Virus record (IMG/VR): IMGVR_UViG_2724679140_000006
Length of the DNA stretch: 5,392 bases
Reading direction: 5' to 3' (one strand)
From: a virus
Taxonomy: Duplodnaviria; Heunggongvirae; Uroviricota; Caudoviricetes
Position numbers and translations under genes: made by a program. Shown in pieces: positions 1 through 5,338 of this stretch. Positions within the stretch are counted from its first letter, which is position 1. The number at the start of each line of letters is the position of its first letter. Under the pieces are notes generated by a model that had not been told where the DNA came from, made no database searches, and saw only the letters and a program-made list of their open reading frames with translations.

Positions 1-70
1 TTATCAGTTACAGGAAAACATGACCAGAGTATTCCGAAAAAGAGAATAATCAATAAAATATTGAAAATAC

Positions 71-193
71 ATGGTGCCGGGTGCCTCCCGGTGAATTCTG
101 CAATGACCAGACAGAATCCGCAACTTGCCTATACGATAACGCGACCAAACATCTGTCATTATGCCCCTCCGCTCATGAGGATTCACCATGCAG
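71..193. repeat. Copy A of a structured direct repeat: 25-nt 5' box, divergent hairpin-containing core, 15-nt 3' box
   Basis: The 5' box ATGGTGCCGGGTGCCTCCCGGTGAA (71-95) is identical to 985-1009, and the 3' box GGATTCACCATGCAG (179-193) is identical to 1073-1087. The 5' box contains a GGTGCC direct repeat and a CCGGG/CCCGG hairpin, and the CATGGTG/CACCATG ends are inverted complements. The core is different in sequence from copy B but forms its own hairpin (ATTCTG 95-100 with CAGAAT 112-117). Weaker shared boxes continue to about 257. Strand of any RNA product is unknown. Confidence 0.8.
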
Positions 194-389
194 TACTCTT
201 TTAACAAACTCCCTGCAAGCAGGACAACATTCTGCGTTCTGAGTTGTGTGGAATTTAACACTTCACACCTGTGTGCATTTTCTGCAGGCTGATACCAGCT
301 CCACAATACATCGCAGGCAACAGAAGCCAAATACCCCACCACAGAAAAAACATGCAATTATGATTATTGTTTACTGCAAAGATGTAGAA

Positions 390-818
390 TCACGGTTTAA
401 AATCCAGCACTCCATTGTGAAATACTTTATATACTTCCGGAGACGGCGGCGCTGGTATATCAGCATTCTTTATCGCATTCATCGCTTCACGACATAAATC
501 GAGGTCTCCACTTTCTCTTTTAACCTCCAGTAGAAGGCCATTCGGGGCCATATGCATTCTCAGTGTACACTCTTTTCCTGAATACTTACTCGCATCCCCG
601 AACTGTTTTTCGATGGCGCTCTTGATTTGATGGGCATACAGACGGATATCCTCACTAACATCAGAAGTACGTTCAGATGAACTCACATACTGTGTCTCTG
701 TTGATTTATCGGAGTAATATGATGTACGGTCATAATAATTTGTCGATACAGCATCAGTGCATCCGATAATAATCCCACTAATAATCAACGTAAGAATTGA
801 TGCGCTACGAAAACCCAT
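390..818 (-). CDS. Prophage lipoprotein with a TolA C-terminal (domain III)-like domain, 142 aa
   Basis: ATG at 818 with a GAGG RBS about 5 nt upstream; TGA stop at 390. N-terminus MGFRSASILTLIISGIIIGC has a basic n-region, a hydrophobic h-region and an IIGC lipobox. A Ser/Thr/Tyr-rich linker follows. The C-terminal ~85 aa (YAHQIKSAIEKQFGDASKYSGKECTLRMHMAPNGLLLEVKRESGDLDLCREAMNAIKNADIPAPPSPEVYKVFHNGVLDFKP) matches E. coli TolA domain III as I recall it (motifs QIKSAIE, CTLR, APxGxLL, GDxxLC, IPxPPS, VYxVF, terminal LDFKP). Similarity is from memory, not computed. Confidence 0.75.
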   Translation of the reverse strand: MGFRSASILTLIISGIIIGCTDAVSTNYYDRTSYYSDKSTETQYVSSSERTSDVSEDIRLYAHQIKSAIEKQFGDASKYSGKECTLRMHMAPNGLLLEVKRESGDLDLCREAMNAIKNADIPAPPSPEVYKVFHNGVLDFKP

Positions 819-847
819 TTTTCCTCACATATGTCATATAGTAAAGG

Positions 848-877
848 ATTATATATACCGTTGTTTTGGACGCTCAA
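848..877 (-). promoter_or_regulatory. Putative sigma70 promoter for the lipoprotein gene (TTGAGC, 18-nt spacer, TATAAT)
   Basis: Minus-strand -35 TTGAGC (plus 872-877) and -10 TATAAT (plus 848-853) with an 18-nt spacer. Predicted start near 841, giving a ~20-nt leader to the ATG at 818. Sequence inspection only. Confidence 0.45.
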
Positions 878-935
878 ACAGCGAATCAGATCAAATAAAA
901 CGCACATTTGTTAACATTTACACAAAGTCTGCGTG

Positions 936-956
936 GGATATTCTGAAAGAATATCC
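936..956. promoter_or_regulatory. Perfect 8-bp inverted repeat GGATATTC-TGAAA-GAATATCC, possible operator
   Basis: Exact dyad symmetry seen directly, about 60 bp upstream of the -35 of the lipoprotein promoter. No U-run on either strand, so it is not an intrinsic terminator. Confidence 0.3.
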
Positions 957-984
957 ATAATGTGGAGAGAATCTATTGAAGTGC

Positions 985-1087
985 ATGGTGCCGGGTGCCT
1001 CCCGGTGAACAAAACGTTCGTGATACCTGTCGGCGACAGAAAAGGTTAATGGTATCACCCCACCGCACAGGGGGATTCACCATGCAG
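985..1087. repeat. Copy B of the structured direct repeat (same 5' and 3' boxes as copy A, different core)
   Basis: 5' box at 985-1009 and 3' box at 1073-1087 are identical to copy A. The core forms an 8-bp stem (GTGATACC 1020-1027 with GGTATCAC 1051-1058) enclosing a small hairpin around 1027-1039. Upstream ATTGAA and downstream boxes CAAACTCaCTGC (1100-1111) and GAGTTTGTGGcATTTA (1144-1159) are also shared with copy A. Confidence 0.8.
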
Positions 1088-1406
1088 GAGTTTTCTTAGC
1101 AAACTCACTGCGCGCCCGGCAACTCCCAACCACATAAAATGCGGAGTTTGTGGCATTTATGCATATAACTCGCAGGAATTATCTTAAAAAACTGATGTCG
1201 ATCCGGATTAAAAAGAAGCAGGTCATCATCAGATGACTGGAAAAAAGGAAAACAAAAAATACTCATCATACAGTTTTGATTGCAGGGATGAGCCTGCTAT
1301 GCACAATATGCAGAATATAAGCAAGATAAAAATATGCAGGCATATTATTTCGGATTTTGTTATTAACACAACCTTTTTAATAATCATTTGGCATACAATA
1401 AACCAG

Positions 1407-1435
1407 CCCAAAAAGAACCGCCTAAACAGGCGGTT
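1407..1435 (-). terminator. Intrinsic terminator, minus strand
   Basis: On the minus strand the hairpin AACCGCC-TGTTTA-GGCGGTT is followed by CTTTTTGGG. On the plus strand the same hairpin has no T-run after it. Confidence 0.55.
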
Positions 1436-1786
1436 GGTCAATACAAAGGATGCTTCGTCTTTATTATAGTAATCTGAGGCGTCGGGTGTCTTGTATCAGA
1501 CAACATATTGTCCCGCTAAACAGCGAATTACAAACCACCCTGCAATGATCTCTCATCTCATTTTATATGAGTTGACGACATCAGGATAACGCATCATCAG
1601 CCCCTGCCAGGAAATACAAAATCTCCACCGATAATGCACCATTCTGCTGCCGTAAAAAATCAGCACTGAGGCTACACCCGGCCTCAAATCATAGCCAGAG
1701 AACAGAATGCTTTTTCAAAACAACCTGCTCCCACGTAATAAAAAAATGCGCCAGTGCCGCAATACAATAAGGCTTGTTTCAAATGC

Positions 1787-1861
<75 letters not shown>

Positions 1862-1864
1862 ATA

Positions 1865-1940
<76 letters not shown>

Positions 1941-1942
1941 AC

Positions 1943-2019
1943 TGGACCGCCACCGAGGACTCGAACCTCGTACGCTCAACTTAGAAGGTTGATGCTCTTT
2001 CCAGGTGAGCTAGTGACGA
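1943..2019 (-). tRNA. tRNA-Arg (anticodon UCU)
   Basis: Reverse complement is TCGTCACTAGCTCACCTGGAAAGAGCATCAACCTTCTAAGTTGAGCGTACGAGGTTCGAGTCCTCGGTGGCGGTCCA. Anticodon loop CTTCTAA as in argU-type tRNAs, T-loop TTCGAGT, encoded CCA. Acceptor stem has two G-U wobbles including U1-G72. Confidence 0.75.
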
Positions 2020-2020
2020 C

Positions 2021-2096
2021 AGGTGGCCCTTGCTGGATTTGAACCAGCGACCTGGCGATTATGAGTCGCTCGCTCTCACCACTGAGCTAAAGGGCC
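2021..2096 (-). tRNA. tRNA with CAU anticodon, ileX/ileZ-like (probably tRNA-Ile2; tRNA-Met not excluded)
   Basis: Reverse complement is GGCCCTTTAGCTCAGTGGTGAGAGCGAGCGACTCATAATCGCCAGGTCGCTGGTTCAAATCCAGCAAGGGCCACC. Strong resemblance to E. coli ileX as recalled. Anticodon loop CTCATAA. Only CC of the 3' CCA is encoded; the next base is T. Confidence 0.75.
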
Positions 2097-2105
2097 GAGC
2101 GCAGG

Positions 2106-2134
2106 ATAATAACGTTACGAAATCAATGTTGCAA
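2106..2134 (-). promoter_or_regulatory. Putative sigma70 promoter of the tRNA array (TTGCAA, 17-nt spacer, TATTAT, GC-rich discriminator)
   Basis: Minus-strand -35 TTGCAA (plus 2129-2134), 17-nt spacer, -10 TATTAT (plus 2106-2111), then CCTGCGC immediately before the mature 5' end of the first tRNA at 2096. Confidence 0.5.
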
Positions 2135-2214
2135 GCGTTCAAAAATTCACTGGTAAAAAATTACCCTTACCTTCTCCACCAGCGCATTCACCGTGTTTAT
2201 CCGAGATAAGTGGC

Positions 2215-2240
2215 GCAAAAAACCCGCTCAATGGCGGGTT
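2215..2240 (-). terminator. Intrinsic terminator downstream of the ORF6N-like gene
   Basis: Minus-strand hairpin AACCCGCC-ATTGA-GCGGGTT followed by TTTTTTG. Confidence 0.6.
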
Positions 2241-2335
2241 CTGGTAAAGTTCATGCGCTTGGTTCGCCTCGCGATACAGCTTTGCGAAGCGTACCGGAAT
2301 TGAAGCAGTTTATGTGCAAAAATGCAAGAACTTTT

Positions 2336-2893
2336 TTAAAGCTGCATCAGCCTTTCCAGCAGTTTATCTCTGCGAACAACAAACCAACCATTGGCTCTCG
2401 CCAGTTCCAGCCATGACTCAAGGGAAATAACAATATCATCATCCCGTAACTGAATTGTGGAAACAGTGACACCGCCTCTCTGATAACAGAGAACTCGCGT
2501 GTCGTAACTTTTCTGGCATGAAACTGGCGTTGACGGATCCTTTTGACTGAAATAGCAGTCTTCCAGTTTTTCGAACACATCCCACGCCTGATCGGTTTCG
2601 AGTATTTTGGCGTGGCGGGCTGCTCCGCGTTCTGTCCAGAGTATGAGCGAGCGGGCTTTGGGAGAGATGGGATTTTGTGAGTTACTTAAAGTAACCCGCA
2701 AATTTTTCAACTCATCACCAACAACCTTGAAAAAGTGTTTACCCTCAACAAAACGCTCGGAATTACGGGTGTAATTTACTTTGATGTTGTTGATCTCGGT
2801 ACAGTAAAGCTGTGCCAGTAACTCGGTAGTGATAACGGGAATTTGGTTGTGTGTAATTGGGGAAAGAGTTTCGACAGAAATCTGAGTGGCCAT
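2336..2893 (-). CDS. ORF6N / phage antirepressor-like domain protein, 185 aa
   Basis: Start MATQISV at 2893 with GGAG 8 nt upstream; the listed upstream Met has no RBS. N-terminal ~110 aa (NQIPVITTELLAQLY...FVEGKHFFKV.GDEL...LILWTERGAARHAKIL) resembles the ORF6N/KilA-N-type DNA-binding domain of phage antirepressors as recalled. C-terminal ~70 aa is unassigned. Confidence 0.6.
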   Translation of the reverse strand: MATQISVETLSPITHNQIPVITTELLAQLYCTEINNIKVNYTRNSERFVEGKHFFKVVGDELKNLRVTLSNSQNPISPKARSLILWTERGAARHAKILETDQAWDVFEKLEDCYFSQKDPSTPVSCQKSYDTRVLCYQRGGVTVSTIQLRDDDIVISLESWLELARANGWFVVRRDKLLERLMQL

Positions 2894-3057
2894 AACGATA
2901 ACTCCGTACATTTGGACATTATCGCCACCGTCAGGTGCTAATCATCGTGGTGGCGAACTGTGCGGGGTTAGCACTACCGAGTACGGAAACCGGCGAGCCT
3001 TTCGGCTCCCCCACACAGCCCGCCATAAATCGCGAATGTGACTGTGCAAACGATATG

Positions 3058-3079
3058 AAAAAAAGACGCGGGCGCGTCT
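3058..3079 (-). terminator. Intrinsic terminator about 60 nt downstream of the pR'-like promoter (tR'-like)
   Basis: Minus-strand hairpin AGACGC-GCCC-GCGTCT followed by seven T residues. Confidence 0.6.
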
Positions 3080-3141
3080 CATATCGCTCCGTAAACATCC
3101 GGGGTGCTAATCCCGACGCCAGATTTTGCTGGCGCGTGAGG

Positions 3142-3171
3142 AATATAGCCCCGGATAACAGATTGAGTCAA
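3142..3171 (-). promoter_or_regulatory. pR'-like late promoter overlapping the Q stop codon (TTGACT, 18-nt spacer, TATATT)
   Basis: Minus-strand -35 TTGACT (plus 3166-3171, overlapping the TGA stop of the upstream ORF) and -10 TATATT (plus 3142-3147). Promoter immediately 3' of Q followed by a terminator is the classic lambdoid pR'/tR' layout. Confidence 0.5.
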
Positions 3172-3722
3172 CAGATGGTTTTTAGATCCCCGGAAGAGAA
3201 TGCATCACGCATCGGTAGATAGAGCATATATTCAGCAAGATTTAGCCATACATCTACCCGACTGCAGCACGTCCGGAAACACCACTCAGGGTGTGAATCA
3301 TTCAGCAATTCAGCCATTTTTCGCTTAGTCATCCCCCGCCCTTCATATCGTTGCCGGAGGATACAAATCAATCCTGGATGCTCTGCCAGCACCTCACTTA
3401 TGACTCGATCAATACATAACGCCTCTGCATCAGTACAATGCGCCAGCCAGCTCTTTTGCTTGCCGTTGATCATCTCTCGCAAAAACGCTTCCAGCTCAGC
3501 TTTCTCTATTCCCGCTTTTTTCATTCTGCGCAAGGCTTCATTAATGGCTGTTTTCGTCAGTTTTATGGATGTCAACAACTGATTGAACATATTCCCTGAC
3601 CTGCCACCGCCAATATACGACCAGCGCCCCCACATACGTAGTTTTCCCTGAATCCAGACACTTTCCAGCGTGGTGAGGCGAAGGTGTTCTCCGCTTTTTC
3701 CTGTATTCGTTGGGTAAATCAT
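3168..3722 (-). CDS. Putative late-gene antiterminator Q-like protein, 184 aa
   Basis: ATG at 3722 overlaps the TGA of the upstream gene (ATGA, translational coupling). Position is that of Q in lambdoid nin-Q modules and it sits directly before the pR'/tR'-like elements. It has a W-G-x-W motif (RMWGRWS) and Cys clusters. Family assignment is by context and weak recalled similarity. Confidence 0.55.
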   Translation of the reverse strand: MIYPTNTGKSGEHLRLTTLESVWIQGKLRMWGRWSYIGGGRSGNMFNQLLTSIKLTKTAINEALRRMKKAGIEKAELEAFLREMINGKQKSWLAHCTDAEALCIDRVISEVLAEHPGLICILRQRYEGRGMTKRKMAELLNDSHPEWCFRTCCSRVDVWLNLAEYMLYLPMRDAFSSGDLKTIC

Positions 3723-4009
3723 AAATGACCTTTCTTTCTCCAGATTTCTTGTGTGCGAAAAACCCCTTCAGCATGCATCAGGCGCAATTCTTCTTTGGTG
3801 TAATCGCTGGTTTTTACCCGCCCGTCGATTAGATCGTGGCATGAGCTACAGGCTATCGCCGCCTGCATATCGTGTGGTTTTGTCGCTGTTCCGCACGTCC
3901 CCGCCAGCCTGTAATGCGCCAGCACAGAGGTTTCGGGATTGTGATTGCAGTAGCCAGGGATTCTGATCTGGCACATCTGGCCTTTAGCCGCTTTACGTAA
4001 ATTCACCAT
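3719..4009 (-). CDS. ybcO: YbcO-like (DUF1364) phage protein, putative nuclease, 96 aa
   Basis: Sequence MVNLRKAAKGQMCQIRIPGYCNHNPETSVLAH...IACSSCH closely resembles the DLP12 prophage YbcO as recalled, with the conserved Cys pattern. Start ATG overlaps the TAA of the upstream gene (TAATG). Confidence 0.8.
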   Translation of the reverse strand: MVNLRKAAKGQMCQIRIPGYCNHNPETSVLAHYRLAGTCGTATKPHDMQAAIACSSCHDLIDGRVKTSDYTKEELRLMHAEGVFRTQEIWRKKGHL

Positions 4010-4608
4010 TACGCAAACTCCAGTAGTTGTGCGGCCACATTTTCAACTTCCTCCTGAGAGGAGAATTTACGGAACAGAATCCAGTTCCACAGCACATTCA
4101 GTACAGATTTATAAACCTGCTGAAACTCGACTTCGTCCATATTCGCAAAAGCGATGGATTTTGCCCGACGCCCACGGCTACCGTCCGGATAAATATGCTC
4201 GGTGTAAAATCCGGCCTGAATGGTTACCCACTCGCGGAAAGCCTCAAACGACTTTAGCAACGCCGTATCCCGGGTTCTACGAGTCGCAACGGTGTTAAGG
4301 TATTGCTCTGCGGCATCACTCAGGGCTGGCGTGTGTTCCCGACCAACTGATTCGCACAGGTAATCAACGAAACCGGACACCAGTTTTCGTTCGCGAGGCG
4401 TGATAGCCCCACCGACCGGAGTCCAGTAATCGAATCCCAGTTGCAGGAGTTTGAAAAAACGCTTGTGGAATGCGTAGTTACGCACACGCTTAAAGTCTGC
4501 GTGTATCCACTCGCCTATTTTTATTTGATGCAAAAAATCGCAACTCTCCGGCGTCGCCGGGAGAAGTAATCCGGAAGAGGTTTGTTTGACCAGTTGTATA
4601 TGCGCCAT
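4009..4608 (-). CDS. Phage nin-region protein, DUF1367-like, 199 aa
   Basis: The ORF track starts at a TTG at 4620. The first ATG (MAHIQLVKQ, 4608) has GGAG 6 nt upstream and is the more likely start. Stop overlaps the ybcO-like start. DUF1367 assignment is from recalled prophage synteny, not a computed match. Confidence 0.65.
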   Translation of the reverse strand: MAHIQLVKQTSSGLLLPATPESCDFLHQIKIGEWIHADFKRVRNYAFHKRFFKLLQLGFDYWTPVGGAITPRERKLVSGFVDYLCESVGREHTPALSDAAEQYLNTVATRRTRDTALLKSFEAFREWVTIQAGFYTEHIYPDGSRGRRAKSIAFANMDEVEFQQVYKSVLNVLWNWILFRKFSSQEEVENVAAQLLEFA

Positions 4609-4667
4609 TGCTGTCTCCAATGGCGCTGTAGGTTGCCAGTTGTTCAGGCTGGCTTATGAATTATAAC

Positions 4668-4844
4668 TCATTCGCGAACCACCTTGAAACCGAGCCTTTC
4701 AAGGTATTCAATGAATGCCTCGATAGATAAAATTACATGATCATCAGGGATTAACGTTGTGTAGACAACTTTCCCATTCTCAACGCGCACAGCATAGAGG
4801 CCATTTTCACTAAAAATTTTACGCAGTTCTTCGATGTTCATCAT
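4668..4844 (-). CDS. Small hypothetical protein, 58 aa
   Basis: ATGATG start at 4844/4841 with GGAAGGA 5 nt upstream; TGA stop at 4668. Below the 60-aa cutoff of the ORF track. Product MMNIEELRKIFSENGLYAVRVENGKVVYTTLIPDDHVILSIEAFIEYLERLGFKVVRE is acidic and soluble-looking, with no family recognised. A possible TTGAAG-18-TAGAAT promoter lies at 4923-4952. Confidence 0.5.
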   Translation of the reverse strand: MMNIEELRKIFSENGLYAVRVENGKVVYTTLIPDDHVILSIEAFIEYLERLGFKVVRE

Positions 4845-4960
4845 CAGAGTCCTTCCGGATAATTCGCACTCCCCTTCAGGGGACCATCCCTCTTATCCCT
4901 GCGCGCTACTTAAGTATTTTTGATTCTATTCCGGCACCGTCCAAAACTTCAAATGCGTTG

Positions 4961-4992
4961 AAAATAAAAACAAAAACCCGCCGAAGCGGGTT
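4961..4992 (-). terminator. Intrinsic terminator of the hok transcript
   Basis: Minus-strand hairpin AACCCGC-TTCG-GCGGGTT followed by TTTTTGTTTTTATTTT. A second hairpin (GGCGAGGG-ATTAC-CCCTCGCC, 5032-5052) in the 3' UTR is consistent with the fold-back element of hok mRNAs. Confidence 0.6.
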
Positions 4993-5059
4993 AAGTGCGG
5001 GTGCGTTGAGGATGCCTGACACATCAGAGGTGGCGAGGGATTACCCCTCGCCTGGTCTC

Positions 5060-5215
5060 TTACTCCTCAGGTTCGTAAACTGTGAAGACAGCGACCTCCG
5101 TCTGGCCGGTTCGGATTCGTACCTCGCAGAGGTCTTTCCTCGTTACCAGTGCCGTCACTATGACGGTTAAACAGATGACGATCAGGGCGATTAACATCGC
5201 CTTTTGCTGCTTCAT
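5060..5215 (-). CDS. hok: Hok/Gef family type I toxin, 51 aa, HokD/RelF-like
   Basis: MKQQKAMLIALIVICLTVIVTALVTRKDLCEVRIRTGQTEVAVFTVYEPEE is near-identical to HokD/RelF as recalled. ATG at 5215 with AGGAG about 9 nt upstream; TAA stop at 5060. The ORF track shows an in-frame 19-codon upstream extension from an ATG at 5272, which may be a mok-like frame. Confidence 0.85.
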   Translation of the reverse strand: MKQQKAMLIALIVICLTVIVTALVTRKDLCEVRIRTGQTEVAVFTVYEPEE

Positions 5216-5280
5216 AGCCTGCTTCTCCTTGCCTTTCGGCACGTAAGAGGCTAACCTACATTTGTGAGACATAGATTGGG

Positions 5281-5338
5281 CCTCAGATTAATGTTAAGCG
5301 TCTTGCAGGACGCGTAATGTTAACTGGGGCTTTTCTCT
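5281..5338 (+). ncRNA. Possible Sok-like antisense RNA 3' end, or a leader structure of hok mRNA
   Basis: Plus-strand compound hairpin: outer CCTCAG/CTGGGG, imperfect arms containing TAATGTTAA twice (5288-5296 and 5315-5323), inner GCGTC-TTGCAG-GACGC (5298-5313), followed by CTTTTCTCT. It is antisense to the region upstream of hok. No convincing promoter found; boundaries and strand are uncertain. Confidence 0.25.

Noticed and set aside
71-95. Possibility that the TGGTGCCGG repeat box is a tRNA 3' fragment or phage att core
   Set aside because: It starts like the reverse complement of a tRNA 3' end, but no T-loop can be fitted and no cloverleaf forms. The conserved 3' box and shared downstream motifs are not expected for an att duplication.
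4-357. 117-aa minus-strand ORF spanning repeat copy A
   Set aside because: It lies across the structured repeat. The corresponding frame in copy B is broken and frameshifted (both begin MVNP then diverge). An internal ATG at about 166 has a good GGAGGGG RBS, but the ATG and RBS are absent in copy B. Most likely a chance frame over non-coding repeat DNA.
246-497. 83-aa plus-strand ORF
   Set aside because: Antisense to the 3' end of the lipoprotein gene and to the repeat flank; no RBS; low-complexity, basic product typical of a spurious antisense frame.
757-960. 67-aa plus-strand ORF
   Set aside because: Overlaps the lipoprotein start and promoter on the opposite strand; no RBS and no recognisable fold.
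1229-1469. Overlapping 70-aa minus-strand and 78-aa plus-strand ORFs in the AT-rich region
   Set aside because: Both run through the strong terminator hairpin at 1407-1435 and lack RBSs. AT-rich DNA readily gives long frames by chance. The hydrophobic minus-strand frame is kept only as a low-interest note.
2210-2580. 68-aa plus-strand and 77-aa minus-strand ORFs
   Set aside because: They overlap the terminator and the well-supported ORF6N-like gene in other frames; no RBS.
2935-3222. 95-aa plus-strand ORF
   Set aside because: Antisense to the pR'-like promoter, leader and terminator; Arg-rich, low-complexity product; no RBS.
3400-3966. Internal and antisense ORFs (60-aa and 71-aa plus, 77-aa minus) within the Q-like and YbcO-like genes
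   Set aside because: Fully embedded in or antisense to better-supported coupled genes; alternate frames with no start signals.
4027-4298. 76-aa and 89-aa plus-strand ORFs
   Set aside because: Antisense to the DUF1367-like gene; no RBS.
4958-5170. 70-aa plus-strand ORF
   Set aside because: Antisense to hok and its 3' UTR and terminator; chance frame.
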